Assembly (NCBI GenBank): GCA_003693705.1
Contig: RBZT01000954.1
Coordinates: 191-64,190 of the forward strand
Origin: Polymyxa betae A26-41
Lineage: Eukaryota > Protista > Endomyxa: Phytomyxea
Reading direction: 5' to 3'
DNA: 64,000 nt
Positions 37,679 to 51,200 of this stretch are shown piece after piece (the first letter of the stretch is position 1; each line of letters starts with the position of its first letter). Position numbers and translations under genes: made by a program. The notes under the pieces are model-generated. The model saw only the letters and a list, made by a program, of their open reading frames with translations. It was not told where the DNA came from and did not search any database.

Positions 37679-38501
37679 ATGGTCAAGTTCGTGATTGGTT
37701 TATTGGCACTGATAACGTTACTGCATGAACATGTGGTAACAGCATATGCAACAGGATCACCACGATGTGATCTGGAATCTATGATGGCCATGTCTGCATC
37801 ACCACGGCCTAATCCCAACATAACATGGTGGCTTGATGTAGCTCCGGAACGTGATTTCAATAATGATACATCTGGACCTGATCTATTCCGAATATCTATC
37901 ATATCATCACAACCGAGGTTGATACCCCAGCTGCACACACATTCGCTTTTTAAAAAGTTTTCACATTTTTTTGAAAAGTTTTCACATTTTTTTGAAAAGT
38001 TTTCTTTTTTCCGAAAAGATTCTAAATGTGATGCTGATTTTGCATCAGTTACACATTTAAAGGATTCCTTCTATTTGCTGAATCATCAAATGGAACTCGG
38101 GTCGGTGAATGGTTGAATATTGCTGAATCTCGTGCACGCCCTGTCTCGCATCCAGATTGTGATCAGGGTCATACTGTGACGCATTTCGATAACGAGGAGA
38201 AGGCCAGTGGGCTAGTATTCCATTATCGATCACCGGTACCAAACAATCAGAACGAGACCATCAAGATTCGATGCGGTATCGTCTGCTCTGTTGATGAATG
38301 GTAATACTGGACCCAATCGTGAATGGATTCGCAACCTGTTTTCAATCTGTTTATAATTTCATAATATTGAATATTGGTTTCAGGTATGTAGCACGACCGG
38401 CGCTTTTAAAGCCGAATATGTTGGCTGCAGTTCAATACTTGAACTTAACGGCTCCTACTGTAAATCAGTCGATTACACCCGCACCTGTCTTACCGAATTA
38501 G
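37679..38501 (+). CDS. Secreted Reeler-domain protein, three exons
   Basis: Signal peptide, then YATGSPRC..MM, FKGFLLFAESSNGTRVGEW, C..HTVTHFDNEEK..VFHYRSP and IKIRCGIV. Introns at about 37918-38048 and 38301-38382. Confidence 0.8.
37953..38010 (+). repeat. 21-bp tandem repeat in an intron
   Basis: AAAAGTTTTCACATTTTTTTG twice plus a partial copy, within intron 1 of the Reeler gene. Confidence 0.9.
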
Positions 38502-40149
38502 ATCCGCGATTAGGGCTAAAATAAACCTCAACATAGAATGTAATTTAAAAATATGACCGACTTTGTATCGCAATTTCGAGACTCTAAGCTCAGATTTCTA
38601 AGAACCATGTCGCCATTATAACTTGTACAAACCCTAACATACAACATCTATTGAATACCAGCTTAGGATTACTTGTGTGCTGCTATCTAGATGGACACTA
38701 TGCCAGATGTAACCCTATCGCTGGGTATAAAGCAGCTTATAGACTCCATCGCTACTATAAGTAATGTTACTCAGCATTACTAGATCGACCTGAAGTCTGA
38801 AGATGATCTAACTCGAGAAATTGCATTGGTAAAAACCCCATAATTGAGATTGTGAAATTTATGATTATCTGGGAAACACAACAATGCAGAACTGGAAGGG
38901 GAGATAAGAATCACATAAACCAGCTGAATTCCGTGACCTGTATGCATTCGATCAGATTTTAAATGTTAACCTATGACATCATATTCTGCGAGATTCTACC
39001 ATGTTTCACCTACAGCAGACGGAAACACGGAATTTCTGTCAAAACCTTAACAAGCCCAAACCCTAAACCCTACAGTTCCAAGGAATTAACAGATCATGTC
39101 CACATTGATTAGAATCAGTTTACGAACTGTTAGAACGACGTCGAGAGATAGTAACATTAACATATAGCACGCTGAGATGGCCTTTGTTTAACGGAACAAG
39201 AATTTGACTTCGTATTTTGCAAATCAACCTCATTTGTCAATCTTCTTCATCGTGCCTTTCTGACCTAGCATACATATGTTTCTAATAATATTCAAGCCAG
39301 AGTGTTTTCGAAAGCAAACCAATATTTTCAAAAGCGTCCTGACCGCACATACCAAAACCTTCTGCTATCCAACGCGTTGTTACTTGTTAGGTTCGAAAAG
39401 TTGATCTTCTTGAACTCTTCCTCCACAAACCCCCAGCCACGCTCTCTGGGAACTTTGAATTTCTCTCCAGTCAGCTTGCGGAGGATCTGTTGACGAAGGT
39501 ACTTGATCCCGATATTCATAATACAGGTTACGAACGTGCAGATGTTTGAGGGTGCAGACATCTGGAACCTGCATAACAGAGGTCATTCCGCTTTTAATGA
39601 AGACAACAACGATGTGTTTGTTCGGATTTCGTTGTGTTTCGGATCCAGTTATCCATGAATGCTAGTTTCAAAACCAAATCTGATCATAAATTGGCAATCC
39701 GACAGAACAGACTTTCACAGATATAAAAGCGCCTATAAGCGCTCTCCAATCGGAGACGGACAAAATCAGGGGATTGTCGCGGTCGAATTCGAACGCTATT
39801 TGGAACGTGTAATGTTACCCTGTGTACTGACCGTCTTTGTATACTGTTTTGATTCCCGGCTGCACCCCAGCGGGTCTTCAAACCTGCCCAAATATTCTTC
39901 GCGCCCTGGATACGTTCGATTTTGTTAACGTAGAAATGAAGTGCTTGGTAATTAAAAGTGTGTTAGCTAACTGACAAGTTTATTGGGCTCGTTATCATTG
40001 CCGTCATTGTCAGAGTTGATTCAATTAAAGAGCGCAAGGCGCTGACTCAAAGGTACATACTGGTCGGGGCGGCGAGATCATCAGCAGTTGCGTCAGCATC
40101 CTCCATGATCTTAGCCGCCGCGATCAGGTTCTTGGCGTGACGAGAAAAG

Positions 40150-40400
40150 GCGGCTGTGCCAGTGCCTTTGTGAAAATGTCAACGCATTTTTCCACACAGG
40201 GGATATTGTGCACAGTAATTCCACCCTTCTTCACTTCTCTTCAAATGTAGTGGTACTTGACGTCGATGTGCTTGAATCGGCGCGTCGTCGTCTCGCTCGC
40301 TGCCAGCGCGATCGCGCTCTGGCTGTCTTCGTGAATGATCGTTGGTCCGGCCGCTACGGTCGTGTAGCTGGGCTTTGTGTTTATCATCATCGTATCTTCG
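40150..40400 (-). mobile_element. Ty1/copia RNase H C-terminal remnant
   Basis: PTIIHEDSQSAIALA....RRFKHIDVKYHYI*REV..G.I matches the copia consensus EDNQSAIALA..RTKHIDIRYHFIRE. Confidence 0.88.
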
Positions 40401-42900
40401 GCGATTGCAATTTCACGAGCCTCTTGTAAACAAGAGATCATTGCGGTCTTACATTTGATGACATTTTCTAGCAGGTCAGCTGATTCGGGACCCGGAAGGA
40501 GGAGTTCTTGCGGTGTCCTCGGGTCACGTCCTCGCTCAAAGAAGAAATGCGTTTCGCCCAAGGTTGGATGGACGCAGGAACGGTAGGTCAGAGAGATAAG
40601 ACCGACTATTTCATTCCAATCCGTCTTACTCTTATCGCGATTGCTGAGGGTGGAGTGCGGTGTGGGCGCTCGGCAATGGCGTTGCCTTGCGGTCGATGTG
40701 CGACAGCTGTTACCAGCTTGAGTCCGACTGCCTTTGACATCGCGCCAAACAAGTGAGAGCGGAATGACTAGGCTCTGTCGCTCGTGAACTGGGTTGGAAA
40801 GAATCTTGTGTAATCAGGTCCAGGAGGGCTGTTGCGGCTGCATGGGCTCGTTTGTCTTTTACTGGGATAAAGCGAACGGATCGGGACGACCGCCGTCAGT
40901 ATGTACAGGAAGTTACCGTTGAACGATTTGTTAAGCGATCCGAAGTGGTCGATATGGATCTTACTCCAGGGCGGCGAGAATGCAGGTTTTTGTCTCAGCA
41001 TCGATCCAGCACGAGCTTAGTAATTTTCGTTTTTTTTTTGCACATAAAGCACGCGTTAACAAGTGTGCGAACGTCAGATGTTATGAATTAGCACAAGCTA
41101 GATAAGAAATAAAGAGATAGATAAGAAATAAAGAGAAGATAAGAGAGAATTGAAGGGGAGAAATAGAAGAGAAAGGTAGAAGGGAGGCTAGACGAATAGG
41201 ATGCTAGAAGACGAGGCGAGACGAGACGAACCAGGTTAGTAAAAACGCACGTTGATCGGACTGAAGGATATAAATGTAAACCGTCACAGAAGATATTTTC
41301 CGTATCGTGAATCAAAGTCGAGACAAGGTCATGACATCAGATGTCATACCGGGCCAGTAGGCGAACTTCTGGAGGAGCTGGAGCGTTCTGTTCTGTCTGA
41401 AGTGTGCGCATGGCCGTGTGCTGCGTGCAATCTGCATGTACTGGCTACGAAATGCTGAAGGGATCAACATCTGCAAGCTGTTGCGGTTTGGGTATCAGCG
41501 TCTGTCGTCTGAGGAGGCGGTGTTCGTCGCGCTCTGCACCGGGAATGCCAGTTAAGGTTCGGGCATCGTTTTGTGCTTGGGTGAGTTTTTGTAGGTCTAT
41601 CTCGATAGGGATGGCTGAGTCCAGGAGGAGGTTGAGGGTCAGGATATCTTCAAACAGATGCGGGTCGTTTTCCACGATGTCTGATTTCTCAATACAATAG
41701 GGTTCCGCATGGCAACGAGATAATGCATCGGCGTCGGTGTGAGACATCGAAAGATTCGAGTTCGTTGACGATACGCTGGAATTTTGCGTCATCCTGCCTT
41801 TTCCGGAGAAATGCGAGCGACAGGTGGTCCGATACGACTTTGAAGTGGATGCCCTCGAGATAAGGACGCCAGCGTTTAATCGCATACCACAAGGCTACTG
41901 CTTCGACCCTCCAAGCGGAATAGGCAAATTCTTTCCCTTGGCATCGTCGGGATAGATAGACGACAGGGCACTTGTTTCCGTCATCATCAAATTGGGTTAA
42001 TACGGCCCCAATCGCGAGGTGAGGAGAATCTATTATAATCGAAAAGGTCTTACTGAAGTCTGGATATCGCAGGACGGGGGCTGAAGCGAGACAATTCCTC
42101 AATTAATCAAAAACTTCCTGTTGGTCTCGATCCCAGACGAAGGTGGCACCTTTCCGTAGTAACTGCGTCAGCGGTGCGGAAATTTGGCGAATCGGACGAT
42201 GTAGAAACGGTAGTACCCGGAAAAACCGAGAAATCAGCGAACGTGGGCGGCCGCGCGTGGTGGGCTGCGGGAAGACCCTGCAATACCTAAGAAAGAACGC
42301 ACGCCATCTCTAGAGTAAGGCCTAGGAAACTGTTTGATGGCCTGATCTAATCTGTCGTCGGGAGAGATTCCATCGTTGCTGACACAATGTGCCAGGTACG
42401 TAACCTTTTGCATCAGCATTGTAGGCTTCTTCGGGTTTACCTTGACGCCTGCCTCTCGGATCCGCTCGAAAATGCTGCGAACAGGGCCTCAAGACCGACT
42501 CGGCCGATAGTTTTATGTCGTATCATGAATCCGACTTTAACAGCCAAAGTGAATCAGAGTCGGACTCACAAGATTCCGACTACGGATGAGATGATGGCGT
42601 CACCGATAAAAAAGCAAAAAAAAGGACGAATCGCTCATCTGGTTTGATGCCTTTTGGCGTGACAATGTGCCCGGGGTATGTCAGAGAGCGGCGTGCAAAT
42701 TTACACTTAGCTGGCAGTGCTCTGAGACAATTTGCGTGAAGCCGCTGGAGGACGTCTCAAATCGCAGAAATGTAGTTGTCAAAAGTTTCAGTGGTAAAAA
42801 TCAGGATATCGTCCAGATAGACCAAACAATTATTCCAAGTTATGCCAGTGAGGACGAGATCCATTTAACGCTGGAAGGTGGTTGGAGCAAGGATGCTGGC
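40400..42900 (-). mobile_element. Ty3/gypsy pol remnants (RT, RNase H, integrase), degenerate and mosaic
   Basis: RT: APTTFQR*MD..CLVYLDDILIF (~42760-42890) and KVTYLAHCVS.DGISPD..VRSFLG. RNase H: APVLRYPDFSKTF..AIGAVLTQ..PVVYLSR..E..A...AIKRWRPYLEG.HF.VVSDH. Integrase: PWSKIHIDHFG, PQGNAIAER, YRSCVHPTLGET..GRDPRTP. Confidence 0.92.
41079..41336. mobile_element. Solo LTR (258 bp) with 5-bp target-site duplication
   Basis: Begins TGTTATGA and ends TCATGACA (7/8 inverted match, TG...CA). Flanked by TCAGA at 41074-41078 and 41337-41341. Purine-rich internal repeats such as AGATAAGAAATAAAGAG. Confidence 0.9.
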
Positions 42901-44380
42901 TGAGCTATGGGACCTGGGCGACAGCAGCCAACAGATGGAGCGTTCGCGTGCCAATAACGACACTCATATCAAGAATGTGAAAGCAGATCTGGATATTCTG
43001 GAATCGCTCAGAGCGCCTCTGTGTCCTCCAGCACAGAGCGCCTCTGTGTCCTTCAGCATAGGAAAGAGTCGCAATGAAACTGACAACTCGAAATAATGTT
43101 GCGCAGTTTCACTTTGAACTATAATGCGCTGGTCAGATACGTACCGTATTTGGCTTTTGCCTTTTGCGGAGTTTTGCCACAAACTGTTTACAAAAACGAT
43201 GCGCAAAGAAAATTGCGCCACAACGCACTTTGTAATGGGCGGGAATGTGGCTCTCCGATCTTTGCGAAGAACACTTGAAATTTGGGCAACTCATGAAATT
43301 GTTACAGAATGATCTGCTTGCTCTAATAAAGCAGAATATTCGGTACCTTATATCCGATTGGACTCTTAATGCTACACTTGTAGAGCTGATTCAACGATAT
43401 CGTCAATCTCAAGACGCTCGTGTGAAGCCTGCTTGGCTCTTGGCTGTTATCTATGCTCAAAAAATGGCTCCTGATATAATGAAGAATCGGTTAGCGGCCT
43501 TGATGAGATCGCTGTGCTTACTCAAGTTCAGCCCGACGCTAAACACTGGATCCCAAGAAATAGCATTCAGGCAAACATCCAAAACCTCGCTATACAGCAA
43601 GTCAATCCCTGTCGTTTGCTGACAATTTGCGGAGAAATTGTTGCAATTTCGTGGCGAACTACAGCAAATGTGCAGCAACTTGATCAAAAACAATCAGGGA
43701 CGTGTCATGTTTCAATAATTGATAGCAGTCTAGGACCAGTCCGGAATCGGATCCAATTCTAATAGCGGACTCGTCGATTGCTTCGGCTGGACAGCAAGCA
43801 CAATTGCGTCTGTCGGTTGAGACTCAAAAATTCTTGGAATACTTTTGAAAGCGGAATTCAGCGAGTGCTGAATTCAACGGAATAGAATGTAAAAGCAATA
43901 TCTGTGGCCGATCTGTGTGCATCACAACAGCTGCTTTGTGTAACTGAGCAGGAGAGAATCCCAAGGCAGCGACACGTATGGCTGCAGGCTAAGTACTGTG
44001 CTTAAAGTTCAAATATGATATCTATTGGCCATTCTTCATCGAACATGCTCGAACTACAAACAATTTGCATTGCCTGAAACGAAAAAACCAAAATGTGGCC
44101 TTAACCAGAGTGAGTGATTGAGGAAGTGACTGCCTAGCCCTAATAGGGTGCAACTTTGTGTACAAGTTGGTTACGGGTATCGTACAGTCAAGCTGAAGGT
44201 CTGATTGCGCAGGTTCCATCTCCATGCTGTGTCTTTCTCTCTGTTATGAGAAGTACTTTGGGGTTTATGTCACGCAGTTTTGTATTTGCGCAATATTTCT
44301 CATTCTGACATTCTGATTTTCATGATCTCGACTGAACCCGTCCCCTTCATTGTTGTTGCGGTATTAACCTCCACTTCTGT

Positions 44381-45740
44381 ATGGCGACTGATAGACCTGT
44401 AACATTCCCCTTCATTATTAATGAAGAGAATTTCGGTTACTTCGATTGGGATAAACGCGATCTGATGTCAGCAGCAGAAACTGGTGATCTCGAGTTCCTC
44501 CATCAGTTGGAAACCCAATTCGGTGGATTATTTTATAATTCTTCTGTTGCTTTCGCTGCTTTAAAAGCGCGACATTTTGAATTCTGGGCTAAACTGGTCA
44601 CATTATGTCGCTCGACCTGTATAGCCAGGCTGCCATTACAAAACGGCAGTGAATGGGAATATTATCTGACGCCCGTCGAGAATTTATTTTCACCCAACAT
44701 TGATGACGATCTGCGATTTATTGCATTCAAATTTGTTGTGGAAGGATTCATTAAGCAACTGCCAATGAGAGAGGATATTGTCACTGATCCGAACTCATGT
44801 TACGAACTACCTCCTGATCGTTATTCATTCTTGGTCTCTGGACAATTTCCGTACTATCCCCGATGATATTCCCGGCCAATATGATTTTATCTCTTGTTCA
44901 ATATGCAATGGGCGGGAAAAGATTCTCAAATATCTTCTGGAAGAAGTTGGAGCGCGTTGTCTCCTTCGACATCTTCAAGATATCGTGATGCGATTTCGTC
45001 CTGATCTGTATGAACTAGTTCGTAATCATTTACGTCCTGAAATATCTGCTATTCCTCCTGCATGTCAATATCGTCAACCAGATGATGCAGATTTTATGAA
45101 TCAGATCATGGATGCCGCTCTCGCTATAGAAAAGCGAGATAACGCTCACGTGGATCTCATCGAATTCTTGAACTATAATCCGGAATTCATTCAGAAACTT
45201 CCATCAGCAATGAAATTCTTTCGAGATGTTTCTTGCGGAGCCTTCGATATTGATCAAACTCCAAAATGGATGGAGATCTTTTTTCTGACCAAAAGCAATG
45301 TTCCGGATGCCCTGAAGGTATTAGATCGAGCTCTTGATCATTTCCGAGATGAAATCGGGCATGAGATCATCAATCTTGATATATCGGGGACTCCCTTGTC
45401 CTATCGTGTTTTCAATCGAGATATTTATTTTGACGGTATTTTGTGATATCAATGAGATAATCCAGAATGATATTTTCTGATATGCTATCAGATAAATTTA
45501 GACCTGAAGATGAACTTATCATTCGTGACGAATATGATTATTTCAATGGTCTGTATCATGATATTATACTGAATGATCTCTATTTGGTCTCTCATACCTT
45601 CTATTAGATATTGTATATCTATCGGATGGTTATGATTCATGTGAGTATTATGACGATGCTTATTACTCTTCTTCTGCTTCGGACGATAATGCCTCTTCAA
45701 TTAATGATGATCATGATGATGATTTTAACAGTTTACCAGA
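44381..45740 (+). pseudogene. Divergent ankyrin-like repeat gene, frameshifted
   Basis: Ankyrin-like motifs AAETGDLEFLHQL and SICNGREKILKYLLEEVGA. ORFs 44381-44866 and 44778-45446 overlap out of frame, and an acidic tail continues past further stops. Confidence 0.55.
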
Positions 45741-46869
45741 AGGTTGATATTTTGTAAGTTGTTTGCTTGATTCAATATTGACCTATTACAGATTAGGTAT
45801 TTGTTGAGCTTAAGATCTTTTTGTTCTTGAATAGAATCTCAGTTCAATTTTATCCATAAGCTAATGATGTCAAAATAGATTTTGGTTTGAAATCAGAAAA
45901 GTATGATATTATCGAAATTTGTAAAGTTGTCTGAGTGATAATCATGAACGCATTGTTACAGAGCTCAATTATAGAGTGAGTCTGAATGTAACATTACACA
46001 CAGATTTGTCTTTGATCAATAACCTGTACTGATTTAGTGCTTTCTGGTGTGAGACAGACCCGATAGTTGGCGACGAATACGACAGAAACTTTGGGCAGCA
46101 TCGGTGGTGAGCTCGGCGGGAGACCATGGCGGCGACAGTTGGCTGGACGGACGCGGGGTATAACGACTTCTGCCAGATGAAGCGGCGATGATGGAGAGCA
46201 AGATAGTGACTGATCATTGTGTTTTGTTAATACTGAGCTCAATGAGATCGCGGCTTTCTGAAATTATCAAATTCCACAAAATATGCAATTAAAGTTCGAT
46301 TTTGGACAAAAAAGTGCTTATCGTCCATTGACATTTATATACTGGAATTTCAAAATTATTTCGAGGGTTAGCTGTTCATACTTATGGGTGTTGAAATCGC
46401 ATTGTCAGTCCCTTCGTCTCCGATGTTTTCGGCTAACAAAAGATCTAGTTTCGCAGGACATGTCGATATCGCGGAAACAGGCTGACTAGTTAATGTGCTT
46501 TTCACACCACCATCAACTTTTACATTTCAAATACCTTGATGTTATATCATGTATCAACGCTAACAAAGCTCGCCGAGTAGCAACTGCGCTAATTGAGCAA
46601 CTTTTGTTATTCGTTGTCGTAGGCTAGCTATTGTCCTCCACGCGTCTAAACTACTTTTAATGATCAAATTTCTATAGAAACAGATCTTTTAAAACGGTTT
46701 AAGTACATTGCAGGGGCAGTTAGGGTTTTTTGCGCAAGTACAGTGGTTACGAGACCGATTCGGAGTCGAAAGTCGATTACCGCATTGTAATGTCGTTTCA
46801 TTTTATAATAATGCAGTTACGGAGACTCATTGGTGGGCAAATCTTTCTGTCTGTCGACAGATCAGACGG

Positions 46870-48252
46870 GCAGCAGCTGTCGGCAGATGCTGCCCGTCAC
46901 TAGCCGTCGCTGATCTATAGCGCTTTTTACAAACGCCTTCTCATATAGATACCGGTATGTCCCTATCGATCGACCCAATTTTGTTTATTCTAGCTATGAT
47001 AGCAATGAACCAGCTGATCGCGAGCGCTAGCAATCACGACGCCTGACTTTCAATGAAGCCCGGCGAACTCATTCAGCCAGCCCATATTTTGGCTGTTGTT
47101 TTGTCCCCTAGCAAAAGCAGCAGACCACATTTTGATGACAGAATCCGATCTGCTCTTGCGAATTTCCTAATGCAAGAAACGCAGACCGTCATTGCTCCGC
47201 CTGCCTATACTTTGATAGCGTCGAGCGACGGACATAGAAACGGCAAGACCATAGAGAAGTTTAACGCGGCAATCGCTGGAAAGCGTCCGGATATAGTTCT
47301 CAATAGTTGATTACAGAAAGTGTTACATAAATCATATCAGTATCAGACAGCGCTCGAAGTCAACATTTGGCGATATACGGTACAGTCCTCTTTCTCTATA
47401 ACGTCAATCTTTATAACAACATCTCCATAGAAGCCCGATAATGTTACATTGTACGGATATTGTTCTATAGATTCTCTATAACCGTATAACGACATAAATG
47501 ACAAGGCGGCGCGGCCATGTCTGTCAGATGAGATTCTTATGGGGCTCATTGATTATCATCTCGATTCTTTACCATTGCCTCGTCACCTTAAGACTAGCCA
47601 ACTAGAGGGTTAGCATTGCGTCTGGCGCTCGAACGCCTTTATCATATGGCCTCTACTCCTTCGAGAAAGAGAGGGTCGTTCAGGATAACCGAGAATCAGC
47701 TGATTTGCCGAGAATACAATGATAACATCAAAGAGAAAAAAACTAGAATCGCAGAGCTGGATTCTGAAAGATTGGGTTATTCCTCTCAACTATTTCTGAC
47801 TTTGTTTGAGACCTAAGGGACCTTGGAAGTACGAGAAACATGTGAGCAAACTGACGTTAACGGCGACAAATCCAAGCGCATCGAAACGTTTTGTTAAGCA
47901 CTTTTCGGGATAACCCCCAAGAACTGCCATAAGAGCTTCAAGAAGTTTGTAAAGCTTTAATTTTGTATCTATTCGAGAAAAACGATTCCTGTAATTGCTG
48001 CGAAAGCACATCGAAGCGGAATTAGCATCAAATGGCCAGGTTCCTGAACCAGAAACTGAATCTGTGCCATTTCCTGTTGGCAATGTTGACGCCGTTCTTG
48101 AGACCGAATGGTCCATAGCCCGTTAGGAACCCAAAATATTTTTATAACGACAGTGTCGTCATTAAGAAAGAAAACCCCGTCAGTGTCGTTATATAGAGGG
48201 AAGACGGTAGATCGACTGCGGGTGACGGGCAGCATCTGCCGACACCTGCCGC
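46870..48252. mobile_element. Putative ~1.4-kb element bounded by 31-bp inverted repeats
   Basis: 46870-46900 and 48222-48252 are 29/31 reverse-complement identical. The interior has plus-strand remnants weakly resembling a pogo/CENP-B HTH (SRKRGSFRITENQLICREY...). Confidence 0.5.
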
Positions 48253-51200
48253 TGTTGGAATCTTCACTGTCAAGGTAATATTCACAGTTAATTGTGAACA
48301 TGAGATGAAGGATGATTCCGTTATCATGGGCCAGAGCAATACAGTGTGCTTCAGAGCAGCATCCACAAGGCGCGCAAGCTTTCGAATTCAATCTTCTTAA
48401 GCCTGATTCTAGGTCGAACAATTTCTCATATAAATGAGCTTCGAAACGGGCAATTCTCGTTGAATGCATGAAGTCATCAAGCTGGTATTTGAAGGACTCC
48501 TGAGGGAATGTTGCTGCCAGATTTTTGAAGAGAGGCGCTGCGTTATTCGATTCTTCAGTGGCTTTTTGGATTGCTGTCAGAAGTTTAGTGTTGAACCCAA
48601 ACACGAGTTGAGGTTCTCCTGATTGAGTTAATCCAATTCCCATTGCGATCATCGAAGTACCCAGTTTCTGGGCATTTCCAGATGCCGCATTCGAATTCCG
48701 CTGTTTTGGCTTGAGAAATTCTACAACATCTTTATGCTGAAGTAATGCATGCTGTGACATTCGGGTAAATACGGCAGTCTGAATATAAAACAACTCCAGA
48801 ACAATGGACGCAAATTGATCCGAGACATTTTCCGGCATCATTTTGGCATCTCGAAGACTTTGAATAAATCCAGTAAATCTCATGTCCATGTGGTGAGTGC
48901 CAAGTACTTCGATAAATTCATCGAATTCTTTCTTCTCGGAATCGAGTACTGTAAAAACCTTCAGTACATTATACAAACAAATGGGAGAGATCAGAGACCT
49001 TGCTGTTGTGATAGAAGAGCCCGTGATTGTAGCTAAATTTCATTTTTAGAAATCAAGACGAAATTGCCTACAAAGAAGAACTTACAGTTGGTACCAGTCG
49101 AGGAGGATCAATATCAGAAATAAAACCATTATTCTACTAAGCAGTTAGAGACCAGATTCTAATTGGAAATATTACAGATATATACAGTACCGTTGTATGA
49201 CCCCGGATAGAAGAAACACGATCATTATTCTGATAAAATGTTTTTAGAAAAGAGCGTCAAGTGCAAATTTTCATTTCTTACAGAACGGAGTACATCCCGG
49301 CCAGCATCTTGTTGATCTTGACGCCGTCCAGACTATACCAATGTAAATAACAGAGAACGAAGAATCTCCAAGACATGATGAAACCTGATTATTAGTTGTA
49401 TGAGGTTTGCTGGCCTGTCAATGACGTTAATACACTAAATATTGCAGTTTCAACATGGATGGTTACGTTTGATCGAACAGAAGGACGTTTGCTACGATTA
49501 GTCCAATAATTTTGAGAGCCAGCCCTCAATATTGGCTGTTGGTTGATGAGATCACCAGCTCTATTAAAGATGTAATCATATCTGTCATCTTCAATGACAA
49601 TATGTCCATCATTAGCGCAGCTGATCAGATTGGCATTTGTAAAGGTGCGTTTGGATTTCGGCTGTCGAACATTGCCCACAATGACATCACCAGAAAGTTT
49701 CGTCGTCACGAACCCTCCATTTGATAGCAGATGGATCTCATCGCCATTACTCAACCTGGTAATACGTCTCCCATCTGGATGGCGTTCAATTGACAGAATA
49801 TTGGCATGATCATTCAGCTGTGTTTCGTGAACCCCATCTGAACGTAGTCTAATAGAGGCTCCATCAGCTTTTCGCAGAAATATTTGTGTTCCATCCGGAG
49901 CACGTTCCAGCAACTTTAATCGAAGTACGGACTCCCTCTGTTCCGGAATCTCAGCGCCAAGATCTAGTTCGAGAGCACGTTCAGTGAGCAGCGACGATAT
50001 TGGCATCTGGTAACATTACTCTGAGCTTGAACCAGGACTAGATCATGTAGGATTCCTGTAACAACGACAGGATCGTTCGGAATGACGGATCCAGTTTCAT
50101 CTCGGATTAAAACCTGCAGGAAATGACCACAGATCTCGGGAAATTGCAGGACTGTAGTGTCGCTGTAGAGATCAATGAATTTCCAGCAGATTTCCGAGAT
50201 GAATGATATACTTTGGATAAGTGGCACGTTCAGCAGTAATCTGCTGTATGGCCTTCATCATCGTGGAAAGATCCTGTCTGTTAACAGGAGATCCACATTG
50301 AGCTTGAATCAGACTCCATAACGTCTTCGCATCCAAGTCCGGGACCACAGGTCGGGCATCGTTTCTGAAATCGTAACATAATGTGAAACCAATAAACAAA
50401 ATCGGGACGGTATTACGCAGTGGAAGCGGTCGTGCTGGATGACGGACGAGTTGCTTCAGATCGGCATCCTTTGGCGGATTGCAATACAAGATTCTGCGGA
50501 GTCGCGCGACGTTGGCTGCTGGAATGAGGACAGAGCTTCCATTGTAACAAAACAGCTACAGTTACCTGTGAGATCTCAATATCGTGAAAAGGCGTTCCTG
50601 AAGTGAAATCTGCCGCCAATGACAGAATATAGTTTGGAAGGTAAGTTCTTCTAAAGGTAATCCAGAACGGTCTTGAATCAGGGCCTCAAGCACTCGGACA
50701 TTGGTCAGATACCAGGACCTTGGCCTGATGATCGAGATGTTAGCATTGGGATTAGTTATACTGCCCCATTCAATGGTTACAGGTTGAATCGGAGATTTTC
50801 GTTAATCCCAATCCGGCGAAGATGATTGACATATTCGTGATGTGAAAGTCGATCGACTGGCATTCCTGTAACATCTTGTATATGGGCATTTGTCGTTTCA
50901 AAGTCCGCTGATCGTAGCCTAAACATTGCATGTTCAGCTGGAACATTACGATTATTGTGTCAATTTGTAGATTACGAAGGAGGAATGATGCCCAGGGCAC
51001 GTGACGCTCTTAATCGATTCAATGAAGGAGGCCGCTGCTGCTCTCCAACGGTATTACCATGTTCATGTTCCGGACTTAGGCACTGTTCTGAATATCCACT
51101 CAGTAATCAAAAACAGCAGGAATTTGAAGGACCGAACCAGCTTGTGATAATGACGTTGTTGTGTCCCAGGATAGTCCTGTTTCTGACAGAACGGGCGTCT

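Noticed and set aside
43096-43762. BTB/BACK-like fragments (EFCHKLF...ENC; FGQLMKLLQND)
   Set aside because: Resemblance is too weak and the frames too broken to support a call.
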